DNA of 64,000 bases from the NCBI GenBank assembly GCA_951406725.2, contig OX597828.1, forward strand, positions 60,512,001-60,576,000, in the 5' to 3' direction. Below, piece by piece: positions 26,529-38,751 of this stretch; positions within the stretch are counted from its first letter, which is position 1, and each line of letters begins with the position of its first letter. A program made the translations under genes and the position numbers. The DNA comes from Octopus vulgaris. Taxonomy: Eukaryota. Under the pieces are notes generated by a model. The model was not told where the DNA came from. It saw nothing but the letters and a program-made list of their open reading frames with translations, and made no database searches.

Positions 26529-26776
26529 GTTCTGCAGTTCCTTAACTCAAAATGTGAGCGGTCCTTTAAAATGAAACGTAACCCTCGAAAAATAAACTGG
26601 ACTGTCTTGTATCGGCGAAAGCATAAAAAAGGTCAGACTGAAGAGGTTGCAAAGAAGAGAACTCGGAGGACGGCCAAGTTTCAGAGGGCCATTGCTGGAA
26701 CCACTCTCAGCGATATTTTGGCCAAGCGTAATCAGAAGCCTGAAGTAAGAAAAGCTCAACGGGAACAGGCCATAAG
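26529..26776 (+). CDS. RPL24: RPL24 coding exon 3
   Basis: gatag|[35 protein letters not shown]...[14 protein letters not shown]|gtaat, 248 nt. Confidence 0.97.
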
Positions 26777-27329
26777 GTAATTTTCTTCTTTAGTTCATGA
26801 TAATTTTATATATTGTGTATGTATGTATCATTTCCTCATCAAATATTATCTGTGGAGAATTATATATCATTTGAAAGTTCTGGTTGTGAACTTCCTTCTG
26901 ATATAATTTTAATTAAAATCTGGCAGTTACATATATCAATGTCCCTCAAACACCCTGTATTTCCAAAGTTTGTTATAACCAGAAATGAAAGAAGCATTAA
27001 TTTAAGTTGTTCAATTTTGCTCAACTGAGTATACCTATCAGTAACAGCTGTAAGCTAAATTTGTTCTAATAAAGGTAAAATATGTAATGACCATTATCTA
27101 TAACTGGTCTTATATATCACTGTATAAAGACTAGTTTGTCTGGAGCCCAGCAACAGGTTTACAATGTAGAATTGTGATGAACCATAACCTTGGACTCTGT
27201 CATAAGAATACTTGTACTTCACTAATCTAAACAATATTGTTAGCCTGGTGTGCCAACAGAGAGCTTATGAAGTATTTTGCCCAGATTGATAATCCCTCAT
27301 TATTAGCTATATATATATACTTGGAAATG

Positions 27330-28520
27330 GATGCATGACATTCATTCAATATAAAAGAAGACAATGTAATAAGGGCTATAGATGAAATGAATCCAAACTC
27401 AACTACTGGCCCTGAGGAATTCCCAGCAATCCTTCTAGCGAGTCTTAGCAAGACCACTGCAGTCCCTTTTTCAGAGCTTCCTTGCAACTGGCAAACTTCC
27501 AAGAAAACTGAAGGAGGGTATAATATACCCTATTCATAAAGGAGGTAGCAGAGCAGAAGCCAAGAACTACAGACCTATCTTTCTGACCTCACACATCAGC
27601 AAAGTCATGGAATGAATAGTCAGAAGAAAACTAATCGCCTTTGAAGAAAAGGACTTGCTGCCTAACACCCAACATGGTTTCCGACCAGGAAGAAGCTGCC
27701 TGACTCAGCTCTTACAACACTATGACTGGGTGCTGAAATGGGCTGAAAGAATGGCATGCAAAACTAAATGCAATACCCATTAAATACACTGGATCTGAAG
27801 GGATTGCAATCTGAGAGGCACAGTCAGTGCAAGACCTGGGCATTTACATGAGTAATGATGCATCCTTCCATGTGCATGTTGCTAAATTGGCAATGAAATG
27901 CAGTTGGCTGAGCGGATGGATTCTTAGAACTTTTAGAACAAGAGATCAGGAAACCATGATGGTCCTCTGGAGGACACTTTGACTATTGCTCTCAGCTATG
28001 GTCACCAACCAGTGTCAAATTAATCTCAGAACTTAAGGCAATCCAATGAAGTTACACAAAGAAGATAGCCTCTGTGCAGCATATAAGCTATTGGGAAAGA
28101 CTCACAACTCTATTCCTTAGAGCGTAGGTTAGAAAGATATGCCATAATATACATCTGGAAGATCCTGTAGGACTTCTTCCAAACTTTGGCATCGAGAGTT
28201 ACGCAAATACTAGAACTGGGCACCACTGCATAGTGCCAAGGACTCCAAATTTGCCATCAAGATGTAGGACAAGATACTGTGATAGCCTGGGCTTCAGAGG
28301 TTCACAGCTCTTTAATATCCTCCTGAATGACCTGAGAGACCTGCATGGGGTGGATGTAGGTGTCTTCAAAATAAAGCTGGACCTCTTCCTGTCAAGTGTT
28401 CCAAATGAACCAACTTCGTGGCAGGAGGTGCAGCATTTGTGAAGTAAAATTATGTCGCAATACCAAATGGCTGTACCCCAGCATGGCCACAGCTCATGAG
28501 CTGAAACTAGATAAAATAAA
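27330..28520 (+). mobile_element. CR1-group LINE 3' fragment with internal deletion
   Basis: RT fragments (NYRPI, QHGFRPGRSCLTQLL), C-terminus (FKIKLDLFLSSVPNEP) and a 3' end matching the copy at 57600. Confidence 0.9.
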
Positions 28521-28924
28521 AAATCAAATAATAATATAAAATATATATATTTGCATATATGGGTACAGGACATCAACATGAAATGTGAAAGCAAATGAGA
28601 GAAACAAATGGCATAGAGGATATCAGTCGTCAGCTGTCTGTCTACTTCCCATTTCGAGCATTGAACGACAATATGAGTCTTCGAAGACGGTTGCTCCCAG
28701 AATAAAATTGGGATTTATGTAAATGTAAGATCTAAGGATCCAGGTGTAGGAAGTTAGTAAGCTTTGAGCAGTTTGTAGGCATTGTAAAAAACAACTTTCG
28801 GGAACAATCGTTTATTGACATAAAAGGTTGTAAATTTTTCCATTGTTGAAGTTCGATAAGCTGAAAAAAGTTATTTTATGCTTCTCGGTTACCAACTAGG
28901 TCACCAACTAAAAATCCAGATTGA

Positions 28925-29206
28925 GGGAATAGAGCTGGTAAAATCCAGGCTACATATGTTTTCTTGCTAGCAGAACCTTGGAAGTAATAATTACCCTGCT
29001 AGCTGCTTGTTGGGCCAAAGATGCCTTAGTTAAATCTTCTGTGAGTGAACTCTGGATCCTATGACGACAATTTAATCTTCATTTAACTAAGGTATCTTTG
29101 GCCTTGATGCGTAGCTAATGGAATGCATCTGGTTGAGTAATTAGTACTTCCAAGGTTCTGCTAGCTAGGGAACATATGTAGCCTGGATTTTACCAGCTCC
29201 ATTCCC
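28925..29206. mobile_element. Fold-back/MITE-like element with long inverted termini (possibly DIRS-type ITRs)
   Basis: GGGAATAGAGCTGGTAAAATCCAGGCTACATATGTT...CAGAACCTTGGAAGTA is mirrored at 29137-29206, with an inner inverted pair ggccaaagatgccttagttaaat. Confidence 0.75.
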
Positions 29207-29329
29207 CATTCCCCAATTATATTTGTTTTATAACTACTAACACAAAACTCTTGGCCTTTGGGTCCAAATACTTGTATTGGTGTTGCGGTACTTGGATCCC
29301 ATTGGTGAACAAGCGGTCATTTTGGTGAA

Positions 29330-30200
29330 AAAGTCATCAACAGCAGTTTCTAGCCAAATGCTTTTTCATGTTAGCCTGATGGGATCAAATCTGGAGAATT
29401 GGAGTGGGTGATTAGCCAGCTGAAACTCAGTCGTGTGCAACAGCCATTGAAAGTAAGTGCTGAAGCATTGTCCTGATGAAACAAGACCTCATTGGTCAGT
29501 TTCCTTGGGTGTTTGGTCTTGCTATCCTTTTTTTTAACTGCTTGAACAAGTTGGCATAGTACTCTCCATTGATGGTGTAGCACTTTTGAAGATAGTCAAT
29601 AAATGCAGTCCAAAACCTGAGGCCATTACCTTCTCTGTGGATGAAATGACCTTGGCCTTCTTTGGAGCAGGTAAGGAGGAGTGTATCCAGTGCATGGATT
29701 GCCTGTTGCTCAAAGTGATGGACCCAATACTCCTGCAAGGTTAGGAAATGTTGAAAGAAACCAGCTGGATCTGCCTCAAACAATGTCAGATTTTCCCATG
29801 TAATTAGCATGGTGTACTTTTGATTTGGTATCAGGACATGACACTCACTGAGCAGAAATTTTTGTCATGCCAAGTTCATTGTGCAGAACATTCTCAACTC
29901 GTATGGGATATGCTACTAGCATTGGCTATTTGATTTATTGCCATTACGTGTCCTCCATCACCATGTGATGAAAACAATGTTATCATCGGTGGTGGCAGTT
30001 GCAGGATATGCAGACCATGGTCATTTTCAAGACTCTCCTTCCCCTGCTAAATTCAGTTTCCACTTTTGCACTGTTGATAAAGCCAGAGTGTCATTTCCTA
30101 ATGTAGCAATTGTGTCAGCATGAACGATATTGGGAGGCTAAGTCCTTTTTCTGCAGGTATTTGGTAACACGAATTCTGTTCCTTTTCAAGAAAAGTAGCT
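29330..30200 (-). mobile_element. Mariner (DD34D) transposase pseudogene
   Basis: Motifs WVHHF, FIDYLQKCYTINGEYYANL, VLFHQDNA, SPDLIPS. Confidence 0.88.
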
Positions 30201-30261
30201 ACTAGTTCTAATTTATATAAGACAATTATTCTGAAAATCTGACAAATATATATGACACTCT

Positions 30262-33200
30262 ACTGCAGACTACCTCGTTGACGAACGACAGAGACCTTAT
30301 CTTTGTGGCTGGTGACTTCAATGGTCACGTTGGACGACATGCTGGGGGCTTCCATGGCGTACATGGAGGCTATGGCTCCCGCAACGAGGAGGGAACCAGG
30401 CTGCTGGAGTTCTGTGATGCAAATAATCTTATGATTTGCAACACTAACTTCAGGAAACCTACCAACCACCTAGTCACTTACCGATCGGGCCAACATACCA
30501 GCCAAATTGACTACATCCTTGCAAGGCAAAGGGAGAGATGGCTGCTTATAAATGCCAAAACCTTCCCAGGTGAAGAATGTACCCCACAACATAGACTGGT
30601 AGTTAGTGACTTTAGGATCAGGACTAGGAGGACTACCAGAAGATGACCAATATGGAGAAGAAGGATCTGGAAGCTTAAAGATCCTGCAAATGGACAGAGA
30701 TTTAGGGGCATATTACTTGAAGCCTTTGACGAAGCAGAAGGGGATAGAGCATCACAGGGGGTAGAAGACAGCTGGACGTTTCTAAGGGACAACCTGCTGA
30801 GAGCCACTGACCAGATCTGTGGCTGGTGCAAAGTCCCCTCTCGACCTAGAATAACGTGGTGGTGGAACAATATTGTAGACAGGGCTATTAGAGAAAAGAG
30901 ACAGGCTTGGAAGGTCTGGAAAAATGGGGGTAGCAGGGAATTGTATCAGACTGCCAAAAGAGAAGCTAGGAGACAGGTTTATTTAGCCAGAGGGGAAGCA
31001 GATAAGGAAAAATTTGCCAGTGTTCTGCGCTGTGAGGACCAAAGACTGGAGGTGTTTCGCGTTGCAAGACAGTGTGTGAGAGAGAATCGTGATGTGGTAG
31101 GAGAGAAGGGTGTTCGCATGGAAGATGGTTCACTTGCACTAAATGAGGATGCAAAGAGAGAGGTTTGGAGATGCCACTATGAAAGGTTGCTGAATAAAGA
31201 AAATGAATGGGATAAAGAGAGTCTGCCGAATGTTGACCCAACAGAGGGATCAGCTATCAGGGTTGATAGTTCCTTGGTAGCTAAGGCAATTAGAAGCATG
31301 AAGACAGGGAAAGCCCCAGGCCCATCAGGAATCACTGCAGAGATGCTCAGAATGTCTGGTAGTGTCGGCTATAGCCAAGTCACCTGTATAGTTAATCAGG
31401 TGATACACAAAGGAGTCATACCCAATGACTGGTGTAGCAGCATAATAGTCAACTGCTACAAAGGTAAATGTGACGCCCTAGATACAAATAACTACAGAGG
31501 TATCAAGCTGTTGGATCAGGTGATGAAGGTTACGGTGAGGGTCATAGCCCAACTAATTAGAGAGAGAGGTAGTTTAGATGAGATGCAGTTTGGGTTTGTG
31601 CCAGGGAAAAGTACTACTGATGCTATATTCCTGGTAAGGCAGCTGCAGGAGAAATACCTAGCCAAAGATAAGCCCCTGTACCTGGCTTTTGTTGACATGG
31701 AGAAAGCCTTCGACAGGGTCCCCCGATCCCTTATCTGGTGGGCAATGAGGAAACTAGGGATAGATGAATGGTTAGTGAGAGCTGTGCGGGCCATGTATAG
31801 GGACACTGCTAGTAGGGTGATGGTTGGGAACGAGTACAGTGAAGAATTCCGGGTAGAGGTAGGGGTCCACCAAGGCTCAGTACTCAGCCCCCTCCTATTT
31901 ATCATAGTCCTCCAGGCAATAACGGAGGAATTCAAGACAGGATGCCCTTGGGAGCTCCTCTATGCTGATGACCTTGCTCTAATTGCTGAGTCGCTATCAG
32001 AACTGGAGAAGTTTCAGGTGTGGAAACAAGGATTAGAATCGAAGGGCCTTAGAGTCAATCTAGCTAAAACCAAAGTCGTAATCAGTAGGAAGGAAGACAA
32101 ATCACAAACGCCTTCAGGTAGATGGCCCTGCTCGATCTGTAGAAAAGGTGTAGGTAGAAACTCTATAAGATGCACCAAGTGTAAGCTATGGACACATAAG
32201 AGGTGCAGCAATGTCAAAGGAAGGCTAACTAGGAAGATGGTTTTTGTATGTGGCAGATGCTCAGGAACAATAAACACTGAAAATGCTCTGAGACCAACTT
32301 CCGTCACTTTCCAGGGGGAAAAACTAGAAATAGTTGATAGTTTCCGTTACCTAGGTGACCAAGTCAGCAGCGGGGGCGGGTGTGCTGAAAGTGTAACTGC
32401 TAGAGTAAGAATAGCTTGGGCAAAGTTCAGAGAGCTCTTACCTCTGCTGGTGGCAAAAGGCCTCTCGCACAGAGTGAAAGGCAGACTGTATGATGCGTGT
32501 GTACCAACAGCCATGCTACATGGCAGTGAAACATGGGCCGTGACTGCTGAGGATATGCGTAAGCTCGCAAGAAATGAAGCCAGTATGCTCCGATGGATGT
32601 GTAATGTCAGTACTCATAGGCGCAGGGGTGGCTGTGTGGTAAGTAGCTTGCTAACCAACCACATGGTTCCGGGTTCAGTCCCACTGCGTGGCATCTTGGG
32701 CAAGTGTCTTCTGCTATAGCCCCGGGCCGACCAATGCCTTGTGAGTGGATTTGGTAGACGGAAACTGAAAGAAGCCTGTCGTATATATGTGTATATATAT
32801 ATATATATGTATGTTTGTGTGTCTGTGTTTGTTCCCCTAGCATTGCTTGACAACCGATGCTGGTGTGTTTACATCCCCGTCACTTAGCGGTTCGGCAAAA
32901 AGAGACCGATAGAATAAGTACTGGGCTTACAAAAAGAATGAGTCCCGGGGTCGAGTTGCTCGACTAAAAGGCGGTGCTCCAGCATGGCCGCAGTCAAAAT
33001 GACTGAAACAAGTAAAAGAAAGAAATACCCGGCAGAGTGTAAAGTAGCTTGAGAGAAAAGCTGGAGCTAAGAAGCATCAGTTGTGGTGTGCAAGAGAGAC
33101 GTTTGCGCTGGTATGGTCATGTGGCGAGAATGGATGAAGATAGTTGTGTGAAAAAGTGCCACACCCTAGCTGTTGAGGGAACCTGCGGAAGAGGCAGACC

Positions 33201-33863
33201 CAGGAAAACCTGGGACGAGGTGGTGAAGCACGACCTTCGAACTTTAGGTTTCACTGAGGAAATGACTAGAGGCCGAGACCTGGAAGTGTGCTGTGCGCGA
33301 GAAGACCCGGCAGGACAAGTGAGTCCATAACCCGTGGCCTTCTACATGGGATGGAGCCAGCCTACGTATGCATACCTCCCTTCTTGGGACACAAAACTCT
33401 ACTTGTGAAGACCCGTTGAGGCAAGTGATGATCAGGATCAGAATCGAAATCGATCAATGGAAATTGCAGTTGTGTTACCAGTGCCGGTGGCATGTAAGAG
33501 AACCTTCCATTTCGTGACCGTTGCCAGCACCGCCCCGACTGGCCTCGTGCCGATGGCACGTAAAAAGCACCATCCATTTGTGTCCGTTGCCAGCCTCGGC
33601 TGGCCCTCGTGCCGGTGGCACATAAAAAGCACCATCCGTTCGTGGCCGTTTGCCAGCTCTGTCTGGCACCTGTGCGGGTGGCATGTAAAAAGCACCCACT
33701 ACACTCACGGAGTGGTTGGCGTTAGGAAGGGCATCCAGCCGTAGAAACACTGCCAGATTTGACTGGGCCTGATGAAGCCTTCTGGCTTCACAGACCCCAG
33801 TAGAACCGTCCAACCCATGCTAGCATGGAAAAACGGACGCTAAACGATGATGATGATGATGAT
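30262..33863 (+). mobile_element. RTE-clade LINE, young, 5'-truncated within APE, interrupted by a SINE
   Basis: One frame from the APE motifs (AGDFNGHVG, QIDYIL, QHRLV) through RT (LLYADD) with a single TGA at 30644. C-terminus resumes after the SINE. (GAT)n tail ends at 33863. Confidence 0.97.
32619..33024 (+). mobile_element. SINE family A, full length, inserted in the RTE ORF2
   Basis: GGCGCAGGGGTGGCTGTGTGGTAAGTAGCTTGC...GGTTCAGTCCC...GGCGGTGCTCCAGCATGGCCGCAGTCAAAATGACTGAAACAAGTAAAAGA. RTE sequence is contiguous across it. Confidence 0.95.
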
Positions 33864-34406
33864 ATAAAAGTGTGTAATGATAGAGTTTGTTAAATATGGA
33901 TTTGAAAAGATTGTCGAAAACACCGAAAAAAGTTATACTAATGCATATTTATAATTTATTTTAATCAATTTAGTTACTGAAAGCAATCTCTCTCACTTTC
34001 TTTGTGTGTACACACAACATATTTAGGTACATGCACATGTACACAAATGTATGCATGAGTGTGCGAGTATTTATGGCCTGTGTGTGTGTGTGTGTGTGTG
34101 GTAAGAAGCTTCAGGGAGGGATTGTAGAGGTTTTTTGCCTCCAGTTTGTGTATAAATTGTGTTTTATAATTGTATGGACTTTTTGGTCCAAATATATTGT
34201 ATTTTAAATTGTAAGAGGATTAATACCTCTGTATATGCGTTTTTAAAGATCAATGATTTAGAGAAGCAGAGCGTCGGCAGGCGCTTTCTGTCTTCTCCCA
34301 TCTTTATCATTATTGTATCATAATCATTCGCCTCATCAATGTCTGTGTCCAGTCTGCAAAGCTACTTTATATATGTAGTGCCTACATGGCAAATTTAATG
34401 AATAAA

Positions 34407-34548
34407 AGAAGCTTGCTTCCGAACCACATGGTTCTGGGTTCAGTCCCACTGCATAACACCTCAGGCAAGTGTCTTCTACTATAGCCTTGGGTCGACCGAA
34501 GTCTTGTGAATGGATTTGATAGGCAGAAACTGAAAGAAACCCGTCGTG

Positions 34549-34587
<39 letters not shown>

Positions 34588-34768
34588 TCCCACCATTGCT
34601 TGACAACTGATGTTGGTGTAACTCACTGTAACTTAGTGGCTCTGCAAAAGAGACTGAGAATCAGTACTGACCTTACAAAGAATAAGTCCTGGGGTCAATT
34701 TGTTTGACTAAAGGCGGTGCTCCAGCATGGCTGCAGTCAAATTATTGAAACAAGTAAAAGAATAAAAG
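34407..34768 (+). mobile_element. SINE family A, 5'-truncated
   Basis: Matches the 32619 copy from the anticodon-arm region to the tail. Confidence 0.9.
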
Positions 34769-35286
34769 AACATATCTGTATGAGGCTGTATAAAGATATC
34801 TACATTTATATATCATACACATGTATATTTATTTATACACACAGATACATATGTATGTATATGCATACAAGAATACACTGTGTGTGTATGTATGTATATA
34901 TATATATTGTTATGGAATCCCAAAGTTGTTACGGAATCCCACCTGCCGTCGCTCAAACTTGAACCCGGGATCCCAATAAGTTGATCGGGAAAGTTCGCCA
35001 CGGAACTCAGAGAGGAGAGAGACACAGAGATAGACACGAAGGCAATCGGCTACATTTAACAACTAGTTTATAACAATTATTACATCATCGAATACATTTA
35101 AAGAAAACACATGCAAGAAACAGGTGTACAACAGATCAAAGCATTTAAACATGCAGATACAATATACACGTCGAATCAAACAAATCAATACATTATACAA
35201 TGTTCATATCAGATCAATTCACGTTACAAATCAATGTTCAAATCCAATTAAAACAAATAACGTTCACAGTTCTTTAAAGTCTTTAA

Positions 35287-37901
35287 CCCTTTAGTGTTCA
35301 AACCGGCCATATCCGGCCAGAATTAATTCCCCTTTATTTGTTCAAACCGGCCAAATCCGGCCGTAAATGACCACTCTACGAAATCGCTAAAAAAATAAAC
35401 AAATCACGTTATTAAATTCTCGTAGCTTTGAGATAATGCGAGATGAAGCCTTTCCCGCCTTTATTCAAGTATAAATACTGTGAAATTGTTTCGACCACAT
35501 GGTTATTTCCACGTGTGAAGAGAACTGTATACGTTTGTTGTGAAAAAAATGGCGTCAGCAAGTAGCGATTCCGATTTTGAAGGCTTTACCATTGATGATG
35601 TTGAAGATATCAACGAAAACAAAAGTCTTTTGACTTGGGATGAGTCTGATATTGATATCAGCGATTATTCGTCAGACGAAGAAAATTTCGATGACGAAAG
35701 TGAAGAAAATGAAAGTGATGAAAACGATAGTGTAAACAAGGCAACATGGTCGAAAATTATGACACCAGTAACAATTTCTGATTTTACAGAAAACACTGGT
35801 CCACAACATGATTTACCTCCTGATGCTCAACCACTGGATTATCTATTTTTATTTTTGCCACAAAGTTTTTTTGAAAATGTTGCGGAGCAAACGAACAAAT
35901 ATGCCCAACATTTAATTTCTGTTCGTGGAAGGAGCGATCCGCTATGGCTGCCAACAAATACTGCGGAAATAAGAGCATTTTTTACGATTAACATTATGTT
36001 TGGAGTCAGACAGCTTCCTCGACTGTGGAACTATTGGAGTCCCGATGTAAGGTATGGCGATCCATATATTTCAAGCATCATGTCGAAGATGAGGTATTCG
36101 AAAATATCTCAGTATTTGCATTTGACTGATTCTTCCAATGCCCCCAACAAAAACGACCCAAACTACGATCCCCTGTACAAAGTACGTCCGGTAATTGATT
36201 TACTCGTACATAATTATAAAACTACTTATTTACCTGGAAAAAATCTCAGTGTAGATGAAGCGATGATAGGATTTAAGGGCAGAGTACATTTTCGGCAGTA
36301 CATGCCTGCCAAACCTACTAAATGGGGGATCAAGGTATGGGAAGTTTGTGAATCGGAGACAGGATACTGTGTAAACTTCGATGTTTACACAGGTAAGAAA
36401 TATAATGCGAAAAGACCACATGGATTGGGACATGATGTTGTATGGTCTCTTACACAACCTTTTCACCATCAGCACCGACACCTCTATTTCGATCGTTTTT
36501 TTTCTTCAGTGGCTTTGGCAGAAAATCTTGCACGTGTAAGCACTTACATGTGCAGCACTGTTATGGGAAATCGTAAAGGTTTACCCCATGAAATAAAAGC
36601 AAAATTAAAAAAAAGAGGGGACATTTTGCAAATGCAAAAACAAAATTTGTTAGTTACTGCATTTAAAGACAAAAGGCAGATTTTATTTCTGTCTTCTAAT
36701 GAACAAACTGGTGTTGGGGCTGAGGGGAAACCCCTCGTGAATATTTGCTACAACAAATATATGGGTGGCGTAGACAAATCCGACCAATATCGGGCATATT
36801 ACCCAGTTGGTCGACCTGGGAAGAAATGGTGGAGGTACATTTTGTGGTTTTTAGTTAATTTAACTATAGTAAATGCCCACATTGTTTACGTAAAAAGCCA
36901 CAAAGTACCTCCGCCACCGAAAGACTACGACCACTTGAAATTTCGGGTTGACATTGCATCTCAGTTACGTGAGGGCTTTTCTTCTAGAAAGCACAGAGCT
37001 GGGAGAAAAGCAAAATTAACTGAGGTGGATGTCAACAGAGAAAATGTTGACTTCCATCAAATGGAAAAAATAGATGGAAGAAAAAAGTGTGCAGACTGTG
37101 TTCGCAACAAAAAAGAAAAACTGCGAAAGGGTACCAGATCGAAACATCCTACATGTGTTCGTTTTGCCAAGTGCCCTTGTGTAAAGGGTGCTTTGGACAG
37201 TTTCATGACAGAAATATGCCATAAATGTATAATTTTACATATTCCTTTTAATTTTATAATATAATATGTGAAAGTGAGAACTACATATTAATTTTCAGTA
37301 TGTTACACACCTGTATTCACCTTTGTCTCACCTGTTAATGAGATTTTTTTATTAGATGCATTCTGTTACGTGAATGAATTCATTAAATTGTATAAGAGTG
37401 CATAGCCAATGGTATATTGACTAGTAAAAGAGTTTTTGTACTTTCTTTTCAATGATGACGTTTGAATGAAATATAGAAAAAGAGTAAAATCTTGTACTGA
37501 TTACACCTGTATTTTAATTCATTCAAATTAATGTACCTCATCTTGAAAAATGTAAAATTGTTGGCCGTTGACATCTGGGATAATTTTAGCAGCAAATCAA
37601 ACAGGTAAGATGTATTAAGAATATGAATTTTAGTGTTTATTCATAATGTTATTGTTTTTACACCTGTTAATTAAATTTACCTGCCCATAAAAGTCAAATG
37701 TAGTGAGAAAGATCAGCTAAAATTATGTAATTATAAACCACTGGCATTTAAGCACCCATTTACAAAGTTTCAAATCTGTATGTAGAAAATTAACAAAGTT
37801 ACAAGTAAATATTGTGGACACCCCACTTGAACCTGAATAAATCCAAATTAATCTGAACAGATAAGCATTACATTTGACAAGTTAATCTGAACACTAAAGG
37901 G
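35287..37901 (+). mobile_element. Autonomous-type piggyBac DNA transposon (2615 bp)
   Basis: TTAA TSDs at 35283-35286 and 37902-37905, perfect 14-bp TIRs CCCTTTAGTGTTCA, one long ORF. Confidence 0.98.
35549..37264 (+). CDS. piggyBac (PGBD4-like) DDD transposase; the Cys-rich C-terminus lies in the -1 frame (stop at 37224)
   Basis: Acidic N-terminus; SVDEAM, YFDRFF and GGVDKSDQ catalytic Asp motifs; YMPAKPTKWGIK. The -1 frame after ~37114 reads KTAKGYQIETSYMCSFCQVPLCKGCFGQFH. Confidence 0.95.
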   Translation: MASASSDSDFEGFTIDDVEDINENKSLLTWDESDIDISDYSSDEENFDDESEENESDENDSVNKATWSKIMTPVTISDFTENTGPQHDLPPDAQPLDYLFLFLPQSFFENVAEQTNKYAQHLISVRGRSDPLWLPTNTAEIRAFFTINIMFGVRQLPRLWNYWSPDVRYGDPYISSIMSKMRYSKISQYLHLTDSSNAPNKNDPNYDPLYKVRPVIDLLVHNYKTTYLPGKNLSVDEAMIGFKGRVHFRQYMPAKPTKWGIKVWEVCESETGYCVNFDVYTGKKYNAKRPHGLGHDVVWSLTQPFHHQHRHLYFDRFFSSVALAENLARVSTYMCSTVMGNRKGLPHEIKAKLKKRGDILQMQKQNLLVTAFKDKRQILFLSSNEQTGVGAEGKPLVNICYNKYMGGVDKSDQYRAYYPVGRPGKKWWRYILWFLVNLTIVNAHIVYVKSHKVPPPPKDYDHLKFRVDIASQLREGFSSRKHRAGRKAKLTEVDVNRENVDFHQMEKIDGRKKCADCVRNKKEKLRKGTRSKHPTCVRFAKCPCVKGALDSFMTEICHKCIILHIPFNFII

Positions 37902-38094
37902 TTAAAGACTACATCAGAGTCTTTCTTTTCCACAACAATTCTGAACATAAATACCACAACTCAATAATCAACACATCAACAAGTCCTTTACTCAATTCAC
38001 ATTGTTCAATTCTTTAGCATTTCTTTAGCCTTTAGCACTGTTCTTTCTTTTTACTCTTTCCTTCTTTTTCTTCACATATCAAAACATAATTAAA

Positions 38095-38430
38095 CACGTA
38101 CCGTCAACAACAGCCAAAAGACACAAACAAAACTTTACCGGACGTTCCTTTCCGTCTGCAACAATTTCAGACGATTACTACTGTAATTACCAAGCCCTCT
38201 CTCGCTCTCAGTCCTCTGTGTATCTCCCTCTCTTTTACGTTACTGTCATACTCTCGCCTGTCACGTACCGTCAACAACAGCCAAAAGACACAAACAAAAC
38301 TTTACCGGACGTTCCTTTCCGTCTGCAACAATTTCAGACGATTACTACTGTAATTACCAAGCCCTCTCTCGCTCTCAGTCCTCTGTGTATCTCCCTCTCT
38401 TTTACGTTACTGTCATACTCTCGCCTGTCA
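38095..38430. repeat. Exact 167-bp tandem duplication in the solo LTR
   Basis: Units start at 38095 and 38262 (cacgtaccgtcaacaacagcc...). Confidence 0.95.
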
Positions 38431-38707
38431 GCTCTCATGACTGTGTGTCTGTCTTTCTCTGCGCTTCCTTCGTAATCCCGTCTGCCATGTTACTACCTCA
38501 ATTTCTCTGGAACTGACTACAGATTTACAGCTCCCCCTTTTTATAAGGTAGTTTCTTTGACCCTTCCTTGACCGGCAAAAGGGGAGGGGTCCTTCCAAAA
38601 GCCATCACTCTTTCCAGAACAAAGGACTATAACTTTACATTGTAGACTTTCAGTCTCCAAGCCAAGCAAGGTAGGTCATAGAAGTGTCTCTGACTGACCT
38701 ATTCACA

Positions 38708-38745
<38 letters not shown>

Positions 38746-38751
38746 ATATAT

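Larger units (their letters stand above)
34908..38707. mobile_element. Solo LTR (TG...CA, ATAT TSD in a TA tract) split by a piggyBac
   Basis: TGTTATGG...ATTCACA. Shares cctgccgtcgctcaa and taggtcatag with the LTR at 44129. Contains a 167-bp tandem duplication. Confidence 0.8.

Noticed and set aside
32619-32719. Novel C-terminus of the 592-aa RT ORF
   Set aside because: It is read-through into an inserted SINE. The true RTE C-terminus resumes at ~33025.
35400-35560. RPL24-piggyBac exon-trap fusion (CSB-PGBD3 style)
   Set aside because: No convincing polypyrimidine-AG acceptor upstream of the transposase ATG. Intact TIRs indicate a mobile copy, not a domesticated one.
37100-37125. Programmed -1 frameshift in the piggyBac ORF
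   Set aside because: No in-frame X XXY YYZ slippery heptamer. A single-base deletion or assembly error is simpler.
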